Below, piece by piece: positions 44,790 through 54,685 of a stretch of 64,000 nucleotides of DNA. The notes under the pieces are model-generated. The model did no database searches. It worked only from the letters and a program-made list of their open reading frames with translations, and had not been told where the DNA came from. Within the stretch, counting starts at the first letter, position 1. Every line of letters starts with the position of its first letter. The translations under genes and the position numbers were made by a program. The stretch comes from Deltaproteobacteria bacterium (GTDB taxonomy: Bacteria > SAR324 > NAC60-12): assembly GCA_038150265.1 (NCBI GenBank), contig JAYOTF010000010.1, forward strand, positions 1 through 64,000. The letters run 5' to 3'.

Positions 44790-47330
44790 TCAGCTCAGGA
44801 TTTTCTTGAAGTCGATCACGTTCTTCCGGAGGGCAAAGACCACCGTTGTCAACGCAATGGCCGACGGATACTGATACCGCTGACTCATGTTGGCCAGGAT
44901 CCGTTCCACAAAGTCCTGGACCTTCGGGTGAACCCGCTCGTAGGTCACCGGGTCGTTGAGCCGATAGAAGAAGGCATTCCGGAGGTGTTCCGGATCAATC
45001 TCCTCATCCAGCTTCCGGTGCGAGAGCAGCTGCGCATACTCGCGTGAGAAGCACTTCAGCAACGTGTCCTGACGGGACGCGATGATCGACTTTCCTTCCT
45101 CCAGCACCAATTCTTCACTTGCCTGGAAGTCCAGGAACTTCTGTGCGATTTCCTGCCGGAAGCGGTGGGGGTCGGCATGAGGACTCAGCACCTGCTCAAT
45201 GGACTCCATGTAGCGCTCATCCGGCTCATCGATCTTCTGCCCGGAGCGTGGATCAATGAAGGAAAACCGGGGCACCATCACGTGGGCAAAGGCCTTGTTG
45301 CTGGTCGCCCGAGCCAGGAGCGCGTGCTGCAGGTAACGGCGCAGGTCCTGCTCGATCTGCTGCGGATCGCGGTCTACGGTGCAGACGGTGATCTCCTTGC
45401 GCAAGATGGTGTGGTACAGCGCCTTCACCACCCGCACCAGCCCACGGAAGTCGCCATAATCGCCCTCCCCTTCGCCAAACTTGAACGCCTCCAGCGCGCG
45501 CTCCGGAATCGGCCGACGCTTGTGGAGGTACTGCGAATCCATTTCCAGCCAGTGGTGCAGTTCAGAGCCTTCGCTCATGAGCTTCTTGAGTTGGCTGAGG
45601 AAGATGCCCACGTGCACCTTGCGTCCGTCTGAGTTGGCAACGGTGTTGCGCATCACGTTCTGCAACTGCCGGATCGAAATGCCGTTCCGTCCCTCATTCG
45701 GGTAGTGCTCTTCCAGCAAGAAGCGCATGAACTCGTCGTCAAGGAGCTTCAGCTGCTCCTCATCAAACAGCCCGCAATTTCTCAGCGAAATCGCATCCGG
45801 ATGCCGGTCGATGCACTCGGCAAAGCTTTCAGGATCGCTCAGGTCGAGCCCCACCCGCAGTGCTTCATTCCGGAAGGGATGCCAGTGGGGGAGCTTCTGG
45901 ATGGTGTGAATGGGATCCTCGTTCAATGACGAGAAGATCATCAGCTTTTGCTCCGGAGAGATGCTGAGGTAGAGGTCGATTTTCTCTGGACTCCACTGTG
46001 CCGGAAACTTCCGGCGCATCGGTGGAAGCAGCCGGGTCATCACGGAAAAGTAGGCGGCAATCCGGAACAGGTTCGGGTCCACCTCGTACTTCTCCCGGAT
46101 GTTTGCGAGGTCTCGCCGCAAAATGTCCGTCTCGGAGCTTGCATCCAGCAGGTAGTTGACGGGAACCTTCTCAATGCGGTCGAGCAGTTTGGAAGAGGTG
46201 AGTTGCTGGTCCAGCATCTCCATCTCTTCAATGTTGGTGGTCAGGATCACGCTCGTGTCCAGCGCCGTCTGGGTCGATTCCAGCGAAATGCGTCCGCTTC
46301 CGAGCAGCATCAGCAGCGGCTTGTACTCGGTCTCCCGGATGCTGTCTCCGCTGGTTCCAAAGGCATCGTGGATGTGCAGGATGCCTCGGTTCGCCCAGAT
46401 CGTTGCTCCTTCGTAGCTGTAAAACGCCTTTCCCGGCACATGCTCACTGATGATCGCCACGTCTTCGGCAGACAGCTCAAAGGGACGGGTCCGGACCCTC
46501 AACTGGCTCATGTCGTCAATGTTGGAGATGCCCTTGGCCTGTGCGCCAGAAAACTCGATCTCCTCAATCCACACGTACTCTTCCAGCAAGTCGTAAAGGG
46601 ACTTCTCGCGGTTCCGGGGATTGTTGAGCAGGCCTTCCAGGATGTCCAGCGTCCGCTTGTCCAGCGTCGCGCTCTGGAAGAAGGTCGGAATGGCCACCCG
46701 TTCCTGTTCGGAGCGCTGCTGGTTCAGGTGGTCAAAAAGCTCCTGACGCGGGCGGCTGAGGGTTCCGTCTTCGCGACGGAGCATGGCAGGAAAGAGCAGG
46801 ATGGGGCTGTGCCGGAACTCGGAGCGGACCTCCACGGCTCGTCCGGATTGGCCCTCAAAGCGGAAGAAGAAGGAATAGAGGCGCAGGTCTGCCTGCTTGG
46901 TGAACTCCTCCACCGACCGGATCAGCAGGTCCACAATGTTCGTTTTCCCGGAAGCGGGAGGGCCAAACAGGATCACCCCTCGGTTCGGCCCCACTTCCTT
47001 GTCGGCCGACTCAATGATGTCCAGCATCTGCTTGACGCCAAACTCCTGCCCAAAGACGGCGTTGATGCCCTTGCTGAAGGGGTCCTGAAAGACGTTGTAG
47101 GAAAGCACCGGCTCCCCACTCCGAATGAGGATCCGGAAGCCAAAGTGCTTGACGGCTGCAGTGATGAGGGAGGAGGAAGTCTGAAGAAAGTTTTGCGGGT
47201 GCTCCAGAAACTCCTGAATGAACTCGGAGAAGTTCAGAGTCCGTTTCCGGTTGAAGCGAAGCAGATCCCGGTAGTTAAAGCCCGTTAGGGACAACTCCGG
47301 AACAGAGTGGGCTCGTGCTTGCGGTTCCAT
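44790..47330 (-). CDS. PrkA/YeaG-family AAA+ ATPase/serine kinase-like protein
   Basis: Walker A 'LFGPPASGKT', 'EGATIWANRG', 'LDRIEKVPVNYLL', 'EGRNGISIR'. Confidence 0.75.
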   Translation of the reverse strand: MEPQARAHSVPELSLTGFNYRDLLRFNRKRTLNFSEFIQEFLEHPQNFLQTSSSLITAAVKHFGFRILIRSGEPVLSYNVFQDPFSKGINAVFGQEFGVKQMLDIIESADKEVGPNRGVILFGPPASGKTNIVDLLIRSVEEFTKQADLRLYSFFFRFEGQSGRAVEVRSEFRHSPILLFPAMLRREDGTLSRPRQELFDHLNQQRSEQERVAIPTFFQSATLDKRTLDILEGLLNNPRNREKSLYDLLEEYVWIEEIEFSGAQAKGISNIDDMSQLRVRTRPFELSAEDVAIISEHVPGKAFYSYEGATIWANRGILHIHDAFGTSGDSIRETEYKPLLMLLGSGRISLESTQTALDTSVILTTNIEEMEMLDQQLTSSKLLDRIEKVPVNYLLDASSETDILRRDLANIREKYEVDPNLFRIAAYFSVMTRLLPPMRRKFPAQWSPEKIDLYLSISPEQKLMIFSSLNEDPIHTIQKLPHWHPFRNEALRVGLDLSDPESFAECIDRHPDAISLRNCGLFDEEQLKLLDDEFMRFLLEEHYPNEGRNGISIRQLQNVMRNTVANSDGRKVHVGIFLSQLKKLMSEGSELHHWLEMDSQYLHKRRPIPERALEAFKFGEGEGDYGDFRGLVRVVKALYHTILRKEITVCTVDRDPQQIEQDLRRYLQHALLARATSNKAFAHVMVPRFSFIDPRSGQKIDEPDERYMESIEQVLSPHADPHRFRQEIAQKFLDFQASEELVLEEGKSIIASRQDTLLKCFSREYAQLLSHRKLDEEIDPEHLRNAFFYRLNDPVTYERVHPKVQDFVERILANMSQRYQYPSAIALTTVVFALRKNVIDFKKILS

Positions 47331-47481
47331 CGTAGCTCCTGGGAGAACGGTTAGGCCTGGACCAGCAAGAGGCGCTCAGGACAGGGTCAAGAACCGGAAG
47401 GTCCTGGGCTGGTCCAACTTCCACACAGGTTGGGCGCTTGACGTCAAACAAGCAAGCATGGGGCCGTAATGGAAAAGGAAA

Positions 47482-48717
47482 TCAGGGGGTTTGTCCGGAG
47501 CCCTCTGCCGGAGTGAGGCGCAAGCGGATCCGCCACGCCAGCACCGGAACCAGGGCCAGGCAGGCAAAGGCGATCACCCCCACCAGCGGCATGCCCTCCA
47601 GTCGCCCGTTTTCCATGTGCAAAATGGCAGCACTCCAGAAGCCCCCGAGGCCCATTGTCAGGTTCGAGACGATCATGCTCATCGCCATCAGCCGACCCCG
47701 GATTTCGATGCCTGTCAGGTCAGACAGCACCGCCTGCAGTCCCGGCATGCGAATGGAGCCCCCCAGCATGATTCCAAAAAACATGGCCCCGGACCAGGCC
47801 GCAGGAATGACTTCCTGAGTGGCCACCACCAGCACCGCTCCCATCAGCAGCGATCCGCCTCCGATCAGACTCAGGCGCAGCCCCTTCTTCAGCAGCCACC
47901 CGGCCGACTGGTTGCCCACCAGGCTCCCAATGCCCCCCTGCATGTAAGCGATGCCGATGGCGCTGGCCGACATGCCAAAATTGGCCGTCAGCCAGGCACT
48001 GAGGCTGGGAATGAAGCCAAACAGACCAATGAGCATGAAGAACTGCATCGTGAAGACCAGCCGGACTTCCGAGCGCTTCAGGAGCCCCAGCATTTCGCCA
48101 TACTGCGCCAGAATCTTGCCCAGGGCGCCGGTTGGAATGTTCGGAAGCGTCAGCAGGAATCCCGTTGCGGCGGCCGCCAGCAGCGTAATGACCCCAAAGG
48201 CCCAACGCCAGGACGTCGCCTCGGCCAGCCACGACCCCAGCGGCACCCCCACGATCGACGCGATGGTGAAGCCGAGCATGATGTGCGTGATCGCCCGGGA
48301 GCGTCCGTTGCCCCGAAACGCGTCTCCGGCATACGCCAGGCAGTTGGGCATGATCGGCCCCGCAAACGCGCCTGACAGCACCCGGAACCAGAGAATCGTG
48401 GGGACATCCTGAGCCAGGGCACACCCGAGCGTGGCCAGAGTGAACCCGGCCCCCAGGATCAGCAGCATCCGCTTGCGTCCCAGGCGATCGGAGTAGGGCG
48501 CAAAGATAAACGCCGAAATCGCCGCTGCCGCCGGATACACCGACACCAACAGGCCGCTGCGTTCCAGAGCGAGTCCGGTATCTTGAGAGATGTCGGCACT
48601 GAGCGGAACCATCACCAGGTGGTCGATCCACGCAGCAAACGTGAGGGCAAAGAGAGGCAGCAGAACCTGCAGGTAGCCCGGCTCACTCAGGGCTTTGGGG
48701 GGAGTGGGTGCATTCAC
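47482..48717 (-). CDS. MFS transporter
   Basis: About 12 TM helices; motif A 'SDRLGRKR'; 'SWRWAF'. Confidence 0.9.
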   Translation of the reverse strand: MNAPTPPKALSEPGYLQVLLPLFALTFAAWIDHLVMVPLSADISQDTGLALERSGLLVSVYPAAAAISAFIFAPYSDRLGRKRMLLILGAGFTLATLGCALAQDVPTILWFRVLSGAFAGPIMPNCLAYAGDAFRGNGRSRAITHIMLGFTIASIVGVPLGSWLAEATSWRWAFGVITLLAAAATGFLLTLPNIPTGALGKILAQYGEMLGLLKRSEVRLVFTMQFFMLIGLFGFIPSLSAWLTANFGMSASAIGIAYMQGGIGSLVGNQSAGWLLKKGLRLSLIGGGSLLMGAVLVVATQEVIPAAWSGAMFFGIMLGGSIRMPGLQAVLSDLTGIEIRGRLMAMSMIVSNLTMGLGGFWSAAILHMENGRLEGMPLVGVIAFACLALVPVLAWRIRLRLTPAEGSGQTP

Positions 48718-48754
48718 CTGAAACTTTTTTGGGCAATTCCTCCCCTAAGGAGGG

Positions 48755-49375
48755 TTAGGCGTGAACAACCGGAACCGGAGTCAGCGGACGTCGACGCAGC
48801 CACCCGGTCACACTGAAGCGGTGGCGGGTCGCAGGGAGCACTTCATGCTCAATCACGTCACTCCGGAAGACCATCAGGGTGCCCATCCGGGGCAACACCT
48901 CATCTTCACCGCCGTCGGTGTACAAGCGCAGCTGGCCCCCCTCGGGCTCCGACCAGTCCCGGTTCAGGTACAGGACACAGGAAATGGTCCGCTCAATGGA
49001 ATCCTGAAAGCGATCGACGTGGCGCTGGTAGCGGGTTCCGGGAGGATAAATCGCGTAGTGGGACTCGAAGTGCTCCAGTCCCAGGAACAGCTCCCGGTTC
49101 AGGGACACCCGGAGGGCATTGATCTGCTGCCAGTAACGCTCCTGAGCCGGGCTGAGGGTGTCCGGACTCCACCAGTGAATGAAGTCGCCTCGCGTCTGCT
49201 TGCGCCGGATTTCCTGTCCTGCGTGACCAATCCGGGCAGGCCGCAGCTTGCCCGCCTCCCAAAACGCCTGAGCTTCTTGATGCAGCGCCTCCAGGGTGGG
49301 CGCCTCCAGAAAGTTCGAAAGCAGGCCCCAGCCACGTTCGGCAAGGGCATCTGCCAGTTCATACCACGATTCCAT
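48755..49375 (-). CDS. 2OG-Fe(II) oxygenase, EGLN/PHD (SM-20)-like
   Basis: 'RGDFIHW', 'YQRHVD', 'YLNRDW...GGQLRLY', 'HEVLPA', 'RFSVTGW'; start trimmed to 49375. Confidence 0.88.
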   Translation of the reverse strand: MESWYELADALAERGWGLLSNFLEAPTLEALHQEAQAFWEAGKLRPARIGHAGQEIRRKQTRGDFIHWWSPDTLSPAQERYWQQINALRVSLNRELFLGLEHFESHYAIYPPGTRYQRHVDRFQDSIERTISCVLYLNRDWSEPEGGQLRLYTDGGEDEVLPRMGTLMVFRSDVIEHEVLPATRHRFSVTGWLRRRPLTPVPVVHA

Positions 49376-49481
49376 AACCCGACCGGGAAAAAGAAAACAC
49401 GCCAAAAGTGCCGTGAATTCCCCGTGAAGGTGGTGGGTTCCGTGGGAAGTCCGTGCAGATTGTCCTGAAAGAAACGCCGGC

Positions 49482-50744
49482 TCAGCGCGGGGCTGGGATG
49501 TCCGGAAGCCCGAGGCAAGGAGGCAGCTTGATGGACCCGTCGGCCTGCTGCCCATTCTCCATCAATGCGATCAGGGTCCGGGACACGGCCACAGCCGTGC
49601 CGTTGAGCATGTGCACAAACTGGTTCTTGCCGGTCGCCGCATCCTTGAAGCGGATGTTCAGGCGTCGAGACTGGTAGTCCGTGCAGTTCGAGGTTGAGGT
49701 GATCTCGCCCCACTTGCCCCGGCCCGGCATCCACGCCTCCAGGTCGTACTTGCGGTAGGCGGGTCCGCCCAGGTCACCGGTACAGATGTCCAGCACCCGA
49801 TACGGGATGCCCAGGTCCTGATAGATGCGCTCCTCGATTTCCCGCATCTTTTCGTGCATGGCCTCCGACTGCTCCGGATGCGTGAAGGCAAACATCTCAA
49901 TCTTGGAGAACTGATGCACGCGGTACAGGCCCCGCGATTCACGCCCTGCCGCGCCGGCTTCGGTCCGGAAGCAGTGCGAGAAGCCCGCATAGAGCAGGGG
50001 CAGCTTCTCTTCTGGCAAAATCTGATCGGCCAGCAGCCCCCCGAGGGTGATCTCTGCTGTTGCAATCAGCGAAAGGTCCGAATTCTCCACCGAGTAGATC
50101 TGCGTGGAGTCGCCGCGTGGATTGAAGCCAATCCCTTGCAGAATCGACTGCCGAGCCAGATCCGGCGTCATGAAGATCGTGAAGCCTTCCTCCCGCAGCA
50201 GGTTGAGGGCATACTGGGCCAGCGCCAGCTCCAGGAAAACCGCCTGGTTCTTGAGGTAGTAAAACTTCTGGCCGGCCACCTTGGCCCCGCCTTCAAAGTC
50301 CACCAGGTCCAACGCCTCCATGAGGTCCAGGTGGTCCTTGGGTTCAAAGGCGTATTCCGGAATCGACCCGACGATGCGCAGCTCGCGGTTGTCGTCTTCC
50401 GTCTTGCCCACCGGCACCTCCGGATGCGTCAGATTCGGCACCTGCATGAGCAGCTCCTGCCGCTCGGCCTCGGCAGCCTTGTAGGCCTCTTCGCGCTCCT
50501 GCTCCTGCGTCCGGAGGCTCTTGGCCTCATCAATGAGGGGCTGCCGCGCTTCCTGCGGCATGGGGCCCTTCATCTGGGCGCTGATCTCATTGCGGCGCTG
50601 CCGAATGCCCTCCACTTCCACCTGAAGCTGCCGGACCTGCTCATCCAGAGCCAGCAGGTGGTTGAGGTCGAGGGAGACGTTGCGGGCGTCACAGTTTTGC
50701 TGAATCCGCTCCGGTTCATTTCGGATGAGTTTGAGGTCAAGCAT
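49482..50744 (-). CDS. serS: Serine--tRNA ligase
   Basis: 'MLDLKLIR', 'TAE', 'CFRTEAG', 'GLYRVHQF', 'SNCTDYQSRRL', 'LNGT'. Confidence 0.98.
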   Translation of the reverse strand: MLDLKLIRNEPERIQQNCDARNVSLDLNHLLALDEQVRQLQVEVEGIRQRRNEISAQMKGPMPQEARQPLIDEAKSLRTQEQEREEAYKAAEAERQELLMQVPNLTHPEVPVGKTEDDNRELRIVGSIPEYAFEPKDHLDLMEALDLVDFEGGAKVAGQKFYYLKNQAVFLELALAQYALNLLREEGFTIFMTPDLARQSILQGIGFNPRGDSTQIYSVENSDLSLIATAEITLGGLLADQILPEEKLPLLYAGFSHCFRTEAGAAGRESRGLYRVHQFSKIEMFAFTHPEQSEAMHEKMREIEERIYQDLGIPYRVLDICTGDLGGPAYRKYDLEAWMPGRGKWGEITSTSNCTDYQSRRLNIRFKDAATGKNQFVHMLNGTAVAVSRTLIALMENGQQADGSIKLPPCLGLPDIPAPR

Positions 50745-50752
50745 GATGGGTC

Positions 50753-52204
50753 TTAAGCCGGCCGATGGTGGAAGTAAGTCAGGTGTTGCTGCAGCGCCGC
50801 AGTGGTGCCCAGCATTTTTGCGTCACTGAGCCGAGGGCCAATGAGCTGCACGCCCACCGGCAATCCCGAGTCCGTTGGTTTGCCCGGAAGAGAAATGGCC
50901 GGCGCCTTCGTCAGGTTGGCGAGGACGCTGCAGAGGTCCACCAGGTACATCGCCAGCGGGTCTTCCATCTTTTCGCCAAACCGGAAGGCTGGCGTCGGCG
51001 AGACGGGTCCGAGGATGAAGTCAAACTCCTCGAAAAGCTGCTGGGTCTGGGCGGCAATGTAATTCCGGACCTGCGTCGCGCGGCCATAGTACTGATCGTA
51101 GTATCCGGAGCTGAGCACAAAGGTCCCCAGCATGATCCGGCGTTTGACCTCAGCGCCAAAGCCTTCCTCGCGGGTGCTCGTGTACACCGAACGGAGGGAG
51201 TCGCCCTGCTGCTTGCGGACTCCGTAACGGATGCCGTCAAAGCGCCCCAGGTTGGAGCTGGCTTCAGCAAACGCGATGGTGTAGTACACCGGAATGATGG
51301 TGTCCAGAAACTCCAGGTAGCGGTGCTCCACCGTGGCGCCCTGTGCCTTGAGGGTGGCTTCCACCTCCTCAACGGCCGCAATGACTTCCGGAGCAATCGC
51401 GTCCTGATTGAGGTACTGCGTGGGCAGGCAGAAGCGGAGGCCGCTCAGGTCCACCGATTCAGCGGGAGCCGCGGGTTCCGGAACCGAGGTGCTGTCCCTG
51501 GGGTCGTGTCCGCCAACGACTTCATAAACCAGCTGGCAGTCTTCTGCACTCGGAGCCAACACGCCAATCTGATCAAGGGAAGAACCGTAGGCCACCAGGC
51601 CGTAACGGGAAATGGTGCCGTAGGTGGGCTTGAAGCCGGTGACGCCACAGAACGAGGCCGGTTGCCGGACCGAGCCTCCGGTATCGGATCCCAGGGCGGC
51701 CCATGCCATGCCTGCCGCCACCGAGGCAGCCGCCCCTCCGCTGCTTCCTCCCGGAACCCGCTCAGCGTCCCACGGATTGCGGCTCAGGCCATAAGCCGAG
51801 CTTTCGGTGGAACCGCCCATGGCAAACTCGTCCATGTTGGTGAGTCCAATGATGAGGGCATCTTCAGCCTTCAGGCGAGCCACAGCCGTTGAATGGTAGG
51901 GAGAGTGGTACCCTTCCAGCAGCTTGGAGCCACAGGTGATGTCGAGGTCCGGATCCTCAATGCAGATGCAGTCCTTGACCGAAACCGGCACTCCGGCCAG
52001 CTTGCCAACCGGCTCCCCGCGGGCGATCCGGGCGTCGAGGGCCCGAGCCTGTTCCAGCAAGCGTTCCCGGGGGATCAAGGCGCGGTAGGCATTCAGCTCC
52101 GGGTTTTTCTGCTCAATGCGGTCATAAACTTCGTTCAGAACCGCTTCGGCCTTCCACTCGCCAGACCGAATCTTCCGGATTTTTTCTGCTAGTGATTCGC
52201 TCAT
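50753..52204 (-). CDS. gatA: Asp/Glu-tRNA amidotransferase subunit A
   Basis: 'NMDEFAMG', 'PGGSSGG', 'GSDTGGSVRQPA', 'RFDGIRYG', 'EVKRRIMLG'. Confidence 0.95.
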   Translation of the reverse strand: MSESLAEKIRKIRSGEWKAEAVLNEVYDRIEQKNPELNAYRALIPRERLLEQARALDARIARGEPVGKLAGVPVSVKDCICIEDPDLDITCGSKLLEGYHSPYHSTAVARLKAEDALIIGLTNMDEFAMGGSTESSAYGLSRNPWDAERVPGGSSGGAAASVAAGMAWAALGSDTGGSVRQPASFCGVTGFKPTYGTISRYGLVAYGSSLDQIGVLAPSAEDCQLVYEVVGGHDPRDSTSVPEPAAPAESVDLSGLRFCLPTQYLNQDAIAPEVIAAVEEVEATLKAQGATVEHRYLEFLDTIIPVYYTIAFAEASSNLGRFDGIRYGVRKQQGDSLRSVYTSTREEGFGAEVKRRIMLGTFVLSSGYYDQYYGRATQVRNYIAAQTQQLFEEFDFILGPVSPTPAFRFGEKMEDPLAMYLVDLCSVLANLTKAPAISLPGKPTDSGLPVGVQLIGPRLSDAKMLGTTAALQQHLTYFHHRPA

Positions 52205-52476
52205 GCGGAGCCGACTCCCTGCTCGCGTTCCAATTCGGCCACCAGGTCAATGTACTGCTGCTGGGCGTCCTCTGAGGTCACCCCCGCCAGCGCACTCCAG
52301 GCGTCAAACTTGGCCCGTCCTTCAAAGTCGGCAAACCCCGGGCGAGTTCCCTGGTTGTCGCCTTCCAGCCCCTGCTTGTAAAGGCCGTACAGTTTCAGCA
52401 GCTGCTCGTTTCCCGGGCGTTTGGGGAGGTTCTTGACGCGTTCCGAAGCGTCCTTAAAGTCGTCAACAAGGGCCAT
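52201..52476 (-). CDS. Acyl-CoA-binding protein
   Basis: 'LLKLYGLYKQG', 'RAKFDAW', 'AQQQYIDLV'. Confidence 0.92.
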   Translation of the reverse strand: MALVDDFKDASERVKNLPKRPGNEQLLKLYGLYKQGLEGDNQGTRPGFADFEGRAKFDAWSALAGVTSEDAQQQYIDLVAELEREQGVGSA

Positions 52477-52540
52477 GGGGCTCTCCCGTTCAGGTTTTCA
52501 GTCAAACCGATAATTTACTAAACCCCCTTGAAGGTTCAAT

Positions 52541-53647
52541 TCATTTCCCCGAGGCCTCCGGCAGGTTTTGCAGTTCCTCCAGAATTTCGGCCTGGTGCTG
52601 CCCGCGTTTGGGAATCGGTTGCGGGGTCCACTGGGGACCTTTGGAAAACCGGGGGGCCCGGGCGGTTTGCTGAAATCCATGGGCCGTGACCCAGGTGTCG
52701 CGAGCCTGATTCTGAGGATGCCGGGAGGCTTCTTCCGGAGAAAGCACCGGCATCACACAGGCATCGAGTCCGGCAAAGAGGGCTTCCCAATCCTGACGTG
52801 GACGGGTGGCAAACAACTCGGCAAGGCGGTCGCTCAACCGTGGCCAGAGGGCTTCGCGGAACTGGTGCTGAAACTCCTCGTCCTCCGCCAGCCCCAGGGT
52901 TTCCAGAAACAGCTGGTAAAACTTGGGTTCCAGGCACTGCACACAGAGAAACTGGCCGTCTGCGGTCTGGTACGTCCGGCTCCAGTGCGGACCATCCAAG
53001 AGGCTCTTGCCACGCTCCAGAGTGAAGCCCCCGTTGGTCTGCAGAGAAAGCAACAGGTTGAGCATGTGTGAGGAGCCATCCAGAATCGCGGCATCGACAA
53101 CGGTGCCCTCGCCGGTCTGGCGCGCCCGGAGGATGCCAGACAGCAGGCCGATGACGAGGTAAAGCGACCCGCCACCGACGTCCCCCGCCAGCGTTGGTGG
53201 TGAAACCGGAGGCACCCCCGGAGGAGAAGCCAGCGACAGCGCGCCGGAGAGGGCAATGAAGTTCATGTCATGCCCCGCGACCTGAGCCCACGGGCCCTCC
53301 TGCCCCCAGCCGGTAATGCGCCCATACACCAGCTGTGGATTGACCGCCTGACACGCATCCGGCCCCAACCCCAGGCGCTCCATGACGCCCGGTCGAAAGC
53401 CCTCAATCAAGCCGTCTGCCGTTTTCAGCAGCGCCCGGAGCTGTTCTCGGTCCTGCTCTTGCTTCAAATCCAGAGCAAGGGAGCGTTTGCCACGGTGCAG
53501 CAGGTTCTCCTCCGGAATCCCGGGAGTGGGGTGGTGCTGGCGACGTTGCACCAAAATCACATCGGCACCGAGGTCAGCCAGCAGCATTCCGGCAAACGGC
53601 CCGGGGCCAATTCCTTCAATTTCAACAACACGAATGCCTGATAGCAT
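52541..53647 (-). CDS. CaiB/BaiF family III CoA-transferase (alpha-methylacyl-CoA racemase-like)
   Basis: 'GIGPGPF', 'EGFRPGVMERLGLGP', 'GHDMNF', 'LEPKFY'; start trimmed to 53647. Confidence 0.92.
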   Translation of the reverse strand: MLSGIRVVEIEGIGPGPFAGMLLADLGADVILVQRRQHHPTPGIPEENLLHRGKRSLALDLKQEQDREQLRALLKTADGLIEGFRPGVMERLGLGPDACQAVNPQLVYGRITGWGQEGPWAQVAGHDMNFIALSGALSLASPPGVPPVSPPTLAGDVGGGSLYLVIGLLSGILRARQTGEGTVVDAAILDGSSHMLNLLLSLQTNGGFTLERGKSLLDGPHWSRTYQTADGQFLCVQCLEPKFYQLFLETLGLAEDEEFQHQFREALWPRLSDRLAELFATRPRQDWEALFAGLDACVMPVLSPEEASRHPQNQARDTWVTAHGFQQTARAPRFSKGPQWTPQPIPKRGQHQAEILEELQNLPEASGK

Positions 53648-53758
53648 CTCTTCTTCTCGGTTTATCTTGGTCAAGCGGAACAATTCACAAGTTTATCGAC
53701 GATTCAGCAGGGTCGCAAACCAATACTCTCCAGAAGTTTCCCCCATTGCGGAGGCCTC

Positions 53759-54685
53759 ATGAAGCGCCCGCTCTCCTTCCCGCCTCCGGTTCAGGCCGGA
53801 GAGACCGTTGCGCTGGTAGCGACCAGCTCGCATCTCGTTTCCGGGAAGGAATCGCGGCTGCAGAAGTCCATTGCCGTTTTGGAATCGTGGGGGCTCCGGG
53901 TGAAGTTGGCAGACAACCTCCTCGCCCGGCACCTCTACCTCGCGGGTCCCGACGCCGCCCGCGCCGCCGAGTTTGAGCGACTCTACCTGGACCCCGAAGT
54001 CCGGGCGGTGCTGACCCTCCGTGGCGGGTATGGCGCGGCCCGGATGCTTCCGCACCTGAACCCGGAGGCGCTGAAGACGCAGCAGAAGCCGGTGGTGGGC
54101 TTCAGTGATGTCACGAGCCTGCTGATTGCGCTGCAGCAGACCTGCGGCATGGTGACCTACCACGGACCCTGCCTGGCCACGGAGCAGTTTCTGGAGGCTC
54201 CGGAGGCGTTCGAAACGCAACAGACGCTGCGCCGGTGGCTGTTTCAGGAACGTCCACCAGCGGCCTACGCGGTGGAAGCCTTCCGCGCGGGCACCGCAAC
54301 GGGAACGCTGGTCGGCGGATGCCTGTCTCTTGTCGTCACCACGCTGGGCACCCCACACGAGCTGGACACCGAGGGGGCCATCCTGTTTCTTGAAGACGTA
54401 GGAGAAGAGCCCTACTGCCTGGATCGGATGCTCACCCACCTCAAGAACGCGGGGAAGTTCCGGGGCCTGCGGGGGCTGGTACTGGGACGGTTTCAGGAGT
54501 GTGGGCCACCTGAGCGGCTCCGGGCGATGCTGGAGGATGTGCTGGCCGACGTTCCGGGGCCCATCGGCTGGAACCTGCCCTGTGGGCATGGTCCGCTCAA
54601 CCTGCCGTTGCCGCTGGGCGCATCGGTCGTTTTAGACACGACCCAGGGGCAGCTGCAGTTTCAGCAGGAGGCGCCTTCAGCTTGA
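53759..54685 (+). CDS. ldcA: LD-carboxypeptidase (S66)
   Basis: 'RGGYG', 'GFSD', 'FLEDVGE', 'GH' (Ser-Glu-His triad). Confidence 0.9.
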   Translation: MKRPLSFPPPVQAGETVALVATSSHLVSGKESRLQKSIAVLESWGLRVKLADNLLARHLYLAGPDAARAAEFERLYLDPEVRAVLTLRGGYGAARMLPHLNPEALKTQQKPVVGFSDVTSLLIALQQTCGMVTYHGPCLATEQFLEAPEAFETQQTLRRWLFQERPPAAYAVEAFRAGTATGTLVGGCLSLVVTTLGTPHELDTEGAILFLEDVGEEPYCLDRMLTHLKNAGKFRGLRGLVLGRFQECGPPERLRAMLEDVLADVPGPIGWNLPCGHGPLNLPLPLGASVVLDTTQGQLQFQQEAPSA

